This document shows positions 10,558-22,301 of a DNA stretch of 50,800 bases, one piece after another (the stretch's first letter is position 1; every line of letters begins with the position of its first letter). The stretch spans positions 1 through 50,800 of the forward strand of contig JYFJ02002790.1 in NCBI GenBank assembly GCA_000934665.2, in the 5' to 3' direction. The notes below the pieces were generated by a model. It had not been told where the DNA came from, did not search any database, and saw nothing but the letters and a program-made list of their open reading frames with translations. The DNA comes from Catajapyx aquilonaris. Lineage: Eukaryota. Position numbers and translations under genes: made by a program.

Positions 10558-13260
10558 TTGTTCTCTTTCTCAGCATGTATTTACAATTTATGTGTACTGT
10601 ACGTGTGTTAGTAGTCTATTTATAATCACGTGGTATTACACTGTCTTGAATACAGCTTGAAAAATTAATATCTGAAATGATTGCAGGACGAAGTTATGCA
10701 TTGTTTCCAAAAAAATATTTGCATGGCAATCATTTTGCACGGTGAACCTGCTACCAACACTTGTTCACGCTTAACGCCTTCGAAGAATGGGGACTCAAAT
10801 TTTTCATTTTTTTATATTAGAGCCTCCAGAAGCAAAAAAGAAACAAAATGCTTGTTTGCACACCATGGGTTTATCACGGTTTGCACAGACTGTGTGAATG
10901 TCCCATCGGAGGTGTAGTAGTATGGTGACAATACTGTTCCCAAGTTGTGCAATTTTCTTCACGAGCAATGACAGCCTAATTAGTATTGCCGGGAAATTTG
11001 GTCAATGGGATTTTTATGACTGCAGCCAACAGCTTATTATTTCACCACAATGTTTGATATTGATGAGACCAGTAGGTTGAGCATGTGCAAAAAGCGGTTC
11101 CGAAGCACTCTTACTTGCAGCGTGAGAAGAATATTTAACACTGGGGGTGGAGTTAGGCAAAGGGTGTGATGAACGTTACAAGTTTGTGACAAGCTGACGA
11201 GGTGTACAACACGCGACACTACACTATTATTGATTTGCACTCTTCTTACTACAGTTTTGCTGTGTGGTCAAAGAGGTCAGGATGGGAAAGGAAACGATTT
11301 TTCTAACTATAGGTCTACTTATTTCTGTTAGGTGCCACAATTTAATCGTTTTCACATGATGATATCCGGCGAGAGTTGTCTATTGGATTTTAAACCCATT
11401 CGAAAACAATGTGTCAATAAGTAAGGATGTTAAAGGCCTCCATTTCAGATCAAGCATCTGGAAAAGAATAATGTGAAGAAAGTGTAGCTCCTAAAGTGAC
11501 CTGATAAGATCGAAACTTTGTAGGCCACGTCTTCTCTTGCTTATAATAAGTGCAAATATATACAGTGTGACACCTGATGATGCATAGCTTAAAATTTAAA
11601 TAACCATCGCCATGTTCAAAAACACAAATAGCAATGTAACCTATAATAACAACATTCCTGGAAATAATATTTTACAACTTCCTCTATTTACGTTAAAAGT
11701 AATAAGAAACATGTCACCTGAAACTTCGTTCCGTTTCGATTGGGTTGAATGTCATGAGTGGGCACCGGACCAGAACTGAAATGCATATTATAAACCGTTA
11801 ACACCATGCTGCACTGACGTGAATAAATTTTGTAAAAGAATGCGACACTCCACGTGTTTGAAAATAAAACTGGTTTACATCAATCTTTGAACATCTCTCT
11901 GGAGAATCTGACAACAGGCAGTAAGCAAAGTTCACTGGAAAAAAAAATCATTTCTCTATAACTACTTAGAAAAAATAAACTTGGCCAGCATCTTTTGAAA
12001 AAAGGAAAAAGAGAATTATCGCGCTTTTTATTTGGATATCAGGTCACATTTCACAGTCACCCGCTATGCATGACTGGATTGACAACGAGAGTGAAACAAC
12101 TCGGGTGACCAATAGTGGAGAAAAAAGAATACAAACCCACAGCAATCGGTGCATGAGTCTGTTTTATTGCATTGATGTCCACTACATAACACTTTCGCAG
12201 TAAAAGATTTTTTTGCTAGAAATACCTCTTTCCCAAATTTTCTTATGGCTGGTCTAACTGTGTTTACAATAGTTCCCATGCAAAGTTGCGCGTATTTTTT
12301 TGGCCCATGCTGGCACCTGGAAATCAAATTATGCAACGCTTTGGAATGCAAATCTATATAGTACAGTTTTGAACACAGGTCGTCGGCATTTTCTTTTGAA
12401 GTCGAATTGTTTTTGCCTGGTGTAGACAAGTCCATGTGAACGACGGGACAAAAAAGAATTCCCGACATATGCGTGCACTGGAAGCACTGTAAACATTGCA
12501 GGGGTCATTCACATCGAGATCAATATTCCATTCTAGGAAGTAAATGCATCGATTTTTGGGGAATGAAGGATTGCTCATGAGAAAAGAACACTTCTTGTTT
12601 ACTCCTCACTCCATTTCTCACGATAAGTACTCCAGAAGGAAGCCAACAATTTTCTGCCTCATTATACCAAACCTTGAACGTAATGGCTACTTTTTGTGCA
12701 TTTTTTTGTGCCCGAACTTGACTCGTCGAATAGAAAATTCTTCTCATTAGCACTACCTGAATGTAAGCAACCCGTTCTCCATATTCACAACAGAAGAAAA
12801 CAGTAGTGTCTCCAAACCTTTGTATTTACCGAAAACATAGTGCATGACCGAATAGCGTTACTTTACATGTAAGGAAATAGGAAGGAAGAATAAAAAAGCG
12901 TGTCGGTACGTGATAGTAAAAGCGGAAGTGATGCCATTGATTAACAAGCGCGTCTCACCTTCACTTAAGTCTTAGTTAAATTTTCTTCGTCACTGTCTCT
13001 ATGCATTTTTATTTACTCCTGGCCACATCCGGCCACTTTTGTCACTGTGTGACTTTTCATACAACTTTTTCCCACCTATCCAGATATGCAAGATAAGTTG
13101 CACCTAGTTTGTATTTACGCTTGACCGCCAACTTTTCGCTGGCCAAGCTTATCAATTAGTGGATTCTTATCACTTCGAAAAAAAAAGTGGGAAAAGTGAC
13201 TCTTCTTTCTATTTTCTAGAAATGTGGTAGCGAAGTAAAGTAGTGCAGCAGTAGTCGGCC

Positions 13261-16200
13261 ATGAGGGAAGAGGAGCTAGAGATCGCCATAAAGGTAAGGC
13301 ATGCGCTCAACCTGGTTTGTATTAAGAGGATATTAAAAGGAAGTGTTAGTAAGCGGTACTTTGGAATATGAGATCATCTTTATTCGGGCAAAGTCCAAGG
13401 TACTCTCATTCTCAGCCATTTTTCATTACATCCTGAACTGGGATAATTTTCCACGTAATCATGTGATTTATGTGTACCCTTGTTTTCAAATATGTACAGT
13501 ATTAACCGTGCTGGTTTTACTACATTTTTTTTCGCAGTTGTTTGTCACATCTGGAAACTGTTATACAGCATACATCATGTTGGTGACACTTATTTTTTGG
13601 TTTTATAGGTGGTGATAGTAGGCAACGGCGCCGTGGGCAAGTCCAGCCTAATTCAACGATTCTGCAGAGGTGTATTCACTCGAGATTACAAGAAAACTAT
13701 TGGAGTCGACTTCCTCGAACGAGTCATAGAGTACGTATACTCTCTTGATACAATAACATCGAGTGCTCTCTTTCCCATAACGTGCTGGAGACATGATTAG
13801 AATCGCTCTTCTTACGATTCCCAGCCCATCCTCCTTCCGTTGGCTTAATTTTTGCTCTAAAGGCCTCGTTCTCAGGCCAGTTACCTGTAACTTATCCTTC
13901 TCACGCCTGAACAAGGATAAGAGTGACCTAAAGTATGCACATCATATTACATAGATACTAGTCATGTAAGAAAATCATGGTCATCCGATTGCTCGGATAA
14001 CCATGAAAAATTAGACCTTTCGCACCCTCCTGCTGCGTACATTGAATCGACGCATTTGTATTCAACACACACACGATACGTACACACTGCTAAAATAACT
14101 GTGAGTCTCCATCTACAACCGAGAATCTTGTCCGAGGGCTTCATTTTCAGTTCCAAGCACGCGCAAAAAAGTTCAATAACCTAAAACTCAGCGCATTTTG
14201 CTAACATGACTCTCTCAACTTATTGTTGCTGAATCATCTTTTTTTGCGGTTGTTTGTTACTTTGCACTTGGTAGGTCCGGAGACGACTATTAGTCTGTAG
14301 GCACTTTTGTATATGGCTCCCTGTAGATTGGCTACATTTTTGATAACGTAACCCGAATTAAAAACCCTGGATATTTATTTTGTGCACACCTGTTAGCAGG
14401 GGTGTTTCATTTTTCAGACGGTCAAGGTACAAGAATCATAACGCGTGACAAAGTGACCAGTTTTTGCTGGGGGTTTCAAGTGGCCCGGTTTTTTACAGCC
14501 GCCATCTGGAAGGTAGGACGTGCATTTAATCAGAGGGGAAGTGCACTGGACTGGATAAAACATGTGCATGTGCAGACCTAGGAATTTTGATGATTTATTT
14601 GGTATCAATCTTTCCACATGAATGGGTTTCCCCTCTTGAAAATTATTAGGGGAGTTGCAATGGCGTCGTTTCCGGTTACCTTCACCTTATCGGGGTTGGC
14701 GTGTGTGTAACATTTTCTTGTTTCGTGACCGTAGGATTTGAAGACAGGGTCGAAAGTCATGCAGAAGTCGTCGAAAACATTCAGCCTGGTTTGTTTCGAG
14801 GGAGATGTAGAGAAATTTGAAGTTTTTTTCCGGACTAACGGGCTCATGACATGAAATGCGGGCCAATTAGCCAGCAATTAAGGATGTAACAGTTATGGGT
14901 TGTTTAGGGGGGGTAATTACATTGTGGAAGTATGTACGTTTTTTTCAGAACAAAACGTTCATTTTGTTGAATGTGTTTACGAAAGTGACGTAACTTTGAC
15001 ATGTGTTACTTTTGGTCTATTTGAGAAATGACGAATTTTGTGAGAAAGTAAGGTTTCCCTGGTCTTGCACGGTGTCCTGTGCCCATGTATAATCTCCGGT
15101 TAACTGGTATGACCATGACAGGTTTTGTCACAGTTGTGGCCTTCAATGCTCCCTTTCGTGGGAATTTGTGGCCAGTCTTTATAACTGGCCCCTAGGGGAT
15201 TTTTAAAGAAAGAGGATGATGTATGTACTGTATAGCCTACTTGGTATAATACTCTAAATAAAAGCTTGGTATAAGTCCAAAATCTCTGTTAGAATCACTG
15301 TGTCATGCGATGACATTTTAAATAATTAGGCCGTAACTGTCACTTTTAGCAATATCCAAATTCGATTTAATTATATTAGTTTATTGAATAACTAGAGTAA
15401 TATTTTATCAACATTAAACGAGAGTCTTTTAATATGTAACTAATGGTAAATTTGATTGCAGAGTTGATGGTCAAGAGGTGCGACTGATGTTGTGGGATAC
15501 CGCAGGACAAGAAGAGTTTGATGCCATTACAAAAGCTTATTATCGTGGGGCTCAAGCATGTGTCATAGCATTTTCCACAGTTGACAAAGACTCCTTCATG
15601 GCGGCCACAAAGTGGAAGAAAAAGGTAAAAAGTTCTACATTCAAAAGGGTACACTGCGTTTTGATGGATGACTCAATGCTGAATAGCTATTGTTTGGATA
15701 CATTATTGCCAGCCGTAAAGGATGGGTCAATAACTTATTTTTACTGGTCATTCTAGCTGCTTTCGTGACATTTACGTAAACAATCAATTCCTTCGTGGGC
15801 ACTGGGAAAACTGGATATGCCATCAATCATCGTGTGCTTATCCCCCAAAGTTATCCCCGGTTATATCTTTACAAATGTTATACAGTTACACTGGCATCGT
15901 TCTATGCTATACCCGCCTAGTAACGAGGCGATATTTACCAAGAATTGACCAATTTGTGACAAAACATCCCATAATCCTTGTAAGATTGCTGAATATTGAC
16001 AATCCGATGATTCAGTGTACCGTTATAATTGGCCTACACCGTGGAATTACAGATAAAAAGCAGTTAAGGAAGAAAGGGATGTACCAGTAAAGAAATGGGC
16101 CTGCAGTCATGTTTAGTTGCCTTTCAAGTGCTGTTTTCACAATATCAGGTTTTATCACCTCTTTCGCTTCTTTGATCATAACCTTTTGGTTGCGTCTGAC

Positions 16201-16891
16201 TGCACCCAATATTTATGCAAAGAAAGTGAACGTCCTGGAAAGGAACTCACCTATAAGAAACACACATAAGCATGTAAAAAGTTGCTTTCAGTATTTTATT
16301 AGTGCTTGAAGTACAAAAAGTGAAATGTTTCCAGGTGGAAAACGAATGTGGAAAAATTCCTACAGCTCTAGTGCAGAACAAGGTTGATCTGGAAGAATCA
16401 TCAGTTATTAACAGGTAAGTATTTCAACGTAATTTGAGCCGTCGTAATTCAATTTTATAACTGGTTTCTAAACAGTGAGGAGGTGGAGAAGCTGTCCCGA
16501 GAGATGCATTGCCGTCTCTTTCGCACTTCGGTGAAGGAGGACAGAAATGTCAAGGCTGTGTTCTCGCATTTGGCCGAGCGATACCTGCACCGTCTCAGGG
16601 CATGGGAAAACGACCAAATGGCCATGAGGGGAGACCTACCAAACACCCCCACCTTACACACCATCAGTGAGCTATTTATTATTTATATTATAATATTATT
16701 TTCTGGAAACATAAGTGATGGGATGCAACAATTTTTCTCCTATAGGTTCATTCACTGCATTTCCTTCACCCCATTATGGAAAAATGCATTTTATTGGACG
16801 ACCTGACAGCAGCATCATTACGCTGCGACCCTGGAAAGCAAGGACCAGCGCCAGGAAAAGGGTCTTCAAAAATGCCTGCAAACTTCTTTGA
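13261..16891 (+). CDS. Rab23: Ras-related protein Rab-23, 244 aa, 6 exons
   Basis: Exons 13261-13293, 13609-13730, 15462-15624, 16335-16414, 16476-16666, 16746-16891. Motifs MREEELEIAIKVVIVGNGAVGKSS, YKKTIGVDFLER, LMLWDTAGQEEFDAITKAYYRGAQA, QNKVD, RTSVKED, and C-terminal ITLRP...KNACKLL* (CaaX-type prenylation site). Confidence 0.96.
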
Positions 16892-18051
16892 TAATTTGGA
16901 GAATCTCACATTTTCATTATACAGTCTTATAGACGTGATTTTTTGTGTGAAAATTGGGCAGTGAGCAATAATGTAAGTCTGGAATCACTTTCAAGTAATA
17001 TGTGCCTCACAGTGATTGACATTTTTATGCTTTTTAAGTCCGTCATTTTATTCAAGTTATGATACACGGAATATAAATAGTACCCAAAAAGTACAGGAAA
17101 TCAATACGCCTTGTTATTAAAAGGCCGATCTTTCATAATGTTTTGTTGGATATTAATTAACCTATGGAAATCGGATGCAAAAATTCAGTTTATGAGCACA
17201 ATAATATTACCGAAGTCAACATAGTGAAAGTCTCTCGACGCAATATTTGACTCCATGTGTATGCTACTAATACCAATATTGTGGTCGTGTCTTGCACAGT
17301 GACATTGAAATAATTTGTCATGTTTCTAATTATGATGGCCTAAGTTTATTTTGAACGGGCTTGCTTCCTATTCACCATAAAGGCACTTAATGAATGTTTA
17401 GCTATTATACAATGTAATTTTCTCATGAAATTTAATACCCTTTCTTATCTTTAGAGCGTGTTAACTCAGAATATTTAAGTGAATTCTACAATAAACTCAC
17501 CTGTTTGTTAATTTTTTTACTGTGTGGTGTGCATATACGAGCGTTCTCCCTGAGTGCATTTAGCGGATTGAAAGGAAAATAATGTCAATATTTCCGTTGC
17601 GCTTTAATAAATTGATGAAAATCTCGAGTGCAAGGGGCGATTGTAATGAGTAGGCCTAATGGCTAATGGCTGTAGGCCTATGGAGAGGTTTGCACTTGCA
17701 TGAAGAATTTTCAAACTATGCATCCTTCGTTTAAGGTTTTATTTCATTGCACCTGTAAAAGCAAATTATTGGTGTCGTCGTTCTTGAAATAACTTTGGTG
17801 CATTTAAAATTGTTTCTTGTCATACTCTTTAATTCGCGAAGAAATTAGAAAATCTATTCACACAAACTGGAGCCTTTTTAAAAAACTCCCGTCAACACGA
17901 CTTGACAATATTATTAATTATAACCTGCAGAAAATTACAAGTTGTTAATCATTTGAAGTATAATGACAATTGTTGGGATAAAGAACATTTGTAATTATTG
18001 AAATAAAACACTTATGCGTGTAATCAATGTATTATACTTTGGAGTTCACAT

Positions 18052-21000
18052 TTAAGCACGAATGATTTCTTTGCGGTATCCCCCAATGTAAAAATGAACT
18101 GGATGGAACTGATACGAGCCATTTATGGGTGAAATCATGTACCCATAAGGATAATAAACGACATATGCAACATCAGAAACTGGATTTGGGGATTGTGGAA
18201 AGAAGAAAGGAGCAGGAGGGTAAATATTCTTGTCCATCGTTGACTGTGCTCTTGGTTGAGGAGGTGACAGTTCAGGATAGTGAATTGTGTAGCTGCTAGC
18301 CGTGACTGGAGTAGGGGTGGTAGATGGGACATCAGTCACGAGGTCATCATCATATTCGTTGAAGAAGATGAAAGGTCGAGGCCAAGCTTTTTCCATCACA
18401 CTGTCCTCTGTGACGGTGGTGGTTGGTAATTCGGAACTTGTTGGCTTCACCCTCTGGGTAGATGGTGATGTGATTGCGTAAGTGGCAGTTGCCGGAGGTT
18501 CATATCTTGTTGTCGTCTTTGGGGAGACTGTGTAAGGTGCGTACGTCGGCAATTTTTGTTGTTCCGTAGTGGTTGCTTGTGGTATTTCATTTTTGGGATA
18601 AGGATATTGAGTGATAAGAGTTCTCGGTGACTCGGTCGTAACAGGAAGACTGCTTGGGAGGTCCATTTGACGATCGCCAGGGGTTGTGGCTTCCTCAGTA
18701 GTGACCATTTGTTGCGACGCTTCAGTGGCTGGAGTAGCAGCGTAACTTTCTGGTGACTCTCTGGTGTAGCTTGGTGATTTCGTACTAGACATGTATCCAC
18801 CTGATAACCCCACATGTTGTGTTGTTCTAAGTGACTGAGGAGTGGTTTGAACCTGACTGCTCAGGGACGCCTGTGTAGTACTCAAATATTTTGGTGATTC
18901 TGCAGTGACGCTCGGCTTCATTGATGATTCAGAAGTAGTATAAACATATTTACTGATGGGTACAGTTGACCGGGTGGGTGCATGCGATGTTGCGGGTGTG
19001 GTTGCTGTAGATGTCTTTTCTTGGATATATTGCTTGGGGGTAGTCCAGCCCATGGTCACGACTGATGGCAGTGGTTCTTCTGAAGGTGTGTCAGTTGCAT
19101 AATTAAGAAATGAATCAGGTTTTGGAACAGTTGGTGACACTCTTGTCCCTGCGGTGATTCTCAGAGGTTCTGTGGTTTTATATTGTTCTTGCGGTTCAGT
19201 TGTCGATGCAACAGTTCCAGTACTCCCTACAGATTGTGTTGTTACAGGTATTCCCTTTGGCGTGTACGTTGAACCACTGGTCATCTCGACCTCACCAGGC
19301 GCTTTCCGTGTGCTGATGCTTGATGCTTCAGTTGATGACATTTGTTTGGTATACTCTCTAGTGACTTCTGTCAGCCTGGGTGTACTGCGAGTCTTGTCAC
19401 TTCCTCTACCAGTAGAGCGCCATGAACCAATGTAATGCATGTCTCCATAGATATTCTTTTGTGTCGTGCTACTGCCTTGTGGTCTGCTGTGAGCTGTTGT
19501 CAACTGAGGAGTCGCGTACGTTGTCACAACAGGGGTCGTGTTACTGTCGGTTGTATCCGCTGGTGGTACGATTGACGGTCCGGCATCATCATAGTCTGTG
19601 TACACAGGACCTGGGAAATAAACATAATCGTCGTAAATGGGGTACCCCGCCCAGTCAGTATCACTAGCAACTCTCTCACTGATGACAATAACTGGTGGCT
19701 CGGTGGTTGTGGAAACTGGAGGCTCGGTGGTTGTGGGAACTGGCGGCTCGGTGGTGGTGACTACTGGATGCTCTGTGGTGGTGGCTTCTTTCCACGAGTG
19801 ATGGCCATACGGCTTGAACCTGTTAGGTCTGCCATACGGAGACCTCCAGGGGTTTATGCGCCTTTGATCTGGTACAGCCACGGGTTGGAGGTAAGGGAAT
19901 GGCGTCGTTGTTACTTCAGTCTGGTCGGGTCTAAACTGCTTGTAATAAAGGCTGAGCAACCTGTTGTTGTATGCTGTAAGGGCAGACCTTTGGTTGTAAG
20001 AGCCATAGTCGTGATGGTCTGGGAAATAATAGGACGTGTATGCTGGATCTTGAGTAGTGGTATGCAGAATTCTTGGCGCACCTCTTTTGTGGTGAGGTGC
20101 CAGCCCAGGATTTTCGTCATTGGCACCAAAGACTCTGTCGTTGGATGACCAAGTATTGTCAGATGATTCAGAGAATGGTTTATCCGCCTCATGACTTCTT
20201 CCCTGTAATAAACATGATACGATAACATTTATCACATACCGGTGCATATTTTATATCACTGAATAAGACGTAAAGCACTTCTAGAAGAACTGTATCGTGC
20301 ATAATCATAATCTAGGAAATGTAAAATATTGCTGCCATCACACAAATAATAATAATAAGTACCGTACTGACAAGGTATTTTAATGGCAGGTTGTATTGAA
20401 CACAATTAATAATTTTAGACAATTGGGATGATGAATGAGAATGTGTAGAAGAGAGACCGATCCAATACCGAAATTTCATATGACACAGTTTAAAAATATC
20501 GATAACGTGAATGTCAACATTATAAGCGGTACCCATTGTGAATGGAGGAGTCTCATTGCACTTTTTTGCTATGACATCTTCCTGTTGGTGCAGTTACTAC
20601 TGTAGGGGGATATATTGTTATGGTTCATGGCGATGATACATCGTCGTCGCCGAACTAATACTGTCAGCATATAGTTAGCCAAATTCTTAGGGCAGTTCCA
20701 AGTTCCTATCATAACCCCGCCCTCATTCAACCTAAGCATATACAAGTGTAGTGAATGCTCGCGCTATGCATGCTTGCTAATCGACTCTTATGCAAAGGGG
20801 ACCTTATAGTCACCTTACTGAATCTCAGTGGGTTAGAGGGGTCTTCGTCATACTTTTCTATAGGCTACTATGAATGCAGTGGTAAAAAGTACCATGACGA
20901 CGAAAGTGACCAACAAACATATTCTAAAGCTTGAATTAGTACACCTCCCTTTGTCAATTAAGTGCCATATTTAAAAGCTCACGTTGTGCGAATGGCTTAC

Positions 21001-21516
21001 CTGTAGAAGTGTAGTGGCTATAGTTGTAGGGTACGTTGGTTCCTTGGAAGTAATGTCATCTTGCCTCACGTAATTTCTGCAGATTATTTTCATATAGGAG
21101 CTTGACACTGTGGGTGAAATTGTGCGTTAGAATAAAAATTACCCGAAGGATTTATGATCTAATTTAGTAATTTTAGCAGCGTTATAAAAAATCCGATCTA
21201 CTTAACGTCATTCAATTATTTTCCAATGTTAAAACTGGTACGGAAAGTGCAGTGAAAATGAAACAATTACCCGAGAGTGACTGGTAAGTGTCATCTTGGT
21301 TCACCCATGATTGACATAGCCGCCTTCTTCCTTCTGGGCTGAGAATGGCTTGTCGAAGTCCTGGATCGATGGACGCTGACCACACTGACACAAATGAAAC
21401 GATTGTAAGTGACAACCCTTATCGACAGAATCCTAAATACGGCAATATTCACCAGAATCGCCGGTCAGAGCAAACACATAGAAGAGCAGGAACCTGGTAG
21501 GCAGCTGTGACCACAT
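18052..21516 (-). CDS. Secreted mucin-like Thr/Ser/Pro-rich protein with Tyr-rich ends
   Basis: Large terminal exon 20202-18052 (acceptor TTATTACAG). Probable signal-peptide exon 21516-21453 (MWSQLPTRFLLFYVFALTGDS) splices over a 68-nt intron to 21384 (VWSASIDPG...). The small middle exons (candidates near 21077-21001 and 20600-20533) are unresolved. Confidence 0.75.
19690..19785 (-). repeat. Coding tandem repeat, 4 x 24 nt (TTTEPPVx)
   Basis: Units start at 19690, 19714, 19738 and 19762, and encode TTTEHPVV/TTTEPPVP/TTTEPPVS/TTTEPPV. Confidence 0.9.
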
Positions 21517-22019
21517 CCCTACGAAATCTCTTTGTCCGAGTGTAGTCCAACACTATTTCCAGAGTTGAACTCCACACATGTACTGTGCTTGGAATATACG
21601 CCTATTCAGCTTATTTCAACACTGGCAGGCATTTCCGTGCTGCTTCGAATACCTTTCCGACATCTTATTCCTCTTCAGTTAATGACCTCTCATGAAATCG
21701 TGATTGGTCATATGCTAACAGTGCAATTATGCAGGGTTATCAATGCAGGATGCTTCTGACCTGTGTGCTATTTAATATACGGTATTTATGTTTACGCTGC
21801 TTTGACCTGGATCAGCAGAATGCAAATAATGTAGTCGTTTGACTGACTTAGTCAAATGCTAGGCTGAAATATGTCAAAAGTATCATTTTGTTATTCATAT
21901 GAATTGATGCTGAAATATCGTTATTCGTAAAATAAATTGGAAAACAGTGTAAATCAGACATGGTTTCATGCTGTAAGGATATTCTCTATTTATTCATAGT
22001 CAAAGTCCGATTTGAAAAT

Positions 22020-22075
22020 TGCGCGTCATACACGACCCTGTTACGTCACGGGTCAGGTGATCAGTGACGTCACAT
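22020..22075. promoter_or_regulatory. CRE/ATF-type motif cluster in the divergent promoter region between the mucin-like gene and CYHR1
   Basis: GTGACGTCAC palindrome at 22064-22073, TTACGTCA at 22041-22048 and a CGTCA half-site near 22024, immediately before the GC-rich CYHR1 leader. Confidence 0.5.
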
Positions 22076-22301
22076 TCCCCCTTCTCTTTATCTTCCCACC
22101 TCCCTTCCCCCAGACACCGCCAGTCTCCCCTCCCTCCCCTGCGTAACCCACCCAGCTGAGCAAAACAACACAAGGCTTAGCTGGCTGACCCCGTCTGCTC
22201 TCCCTGCCCGTCCAAACCTCGCCTGCCCCACGGCTACTGTCAGCCCTGCCCCTGGCCCGACCCTAGACTGCACCCTGCTTGCCCTGCCTCGTCTCTACAC
22301 C

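Noticed and set aside
18135..20228. Alternative-frame and antisense ORFs over the mucin-like exon
   Set aside because: Expected shadows of low-complexity coding sequence.
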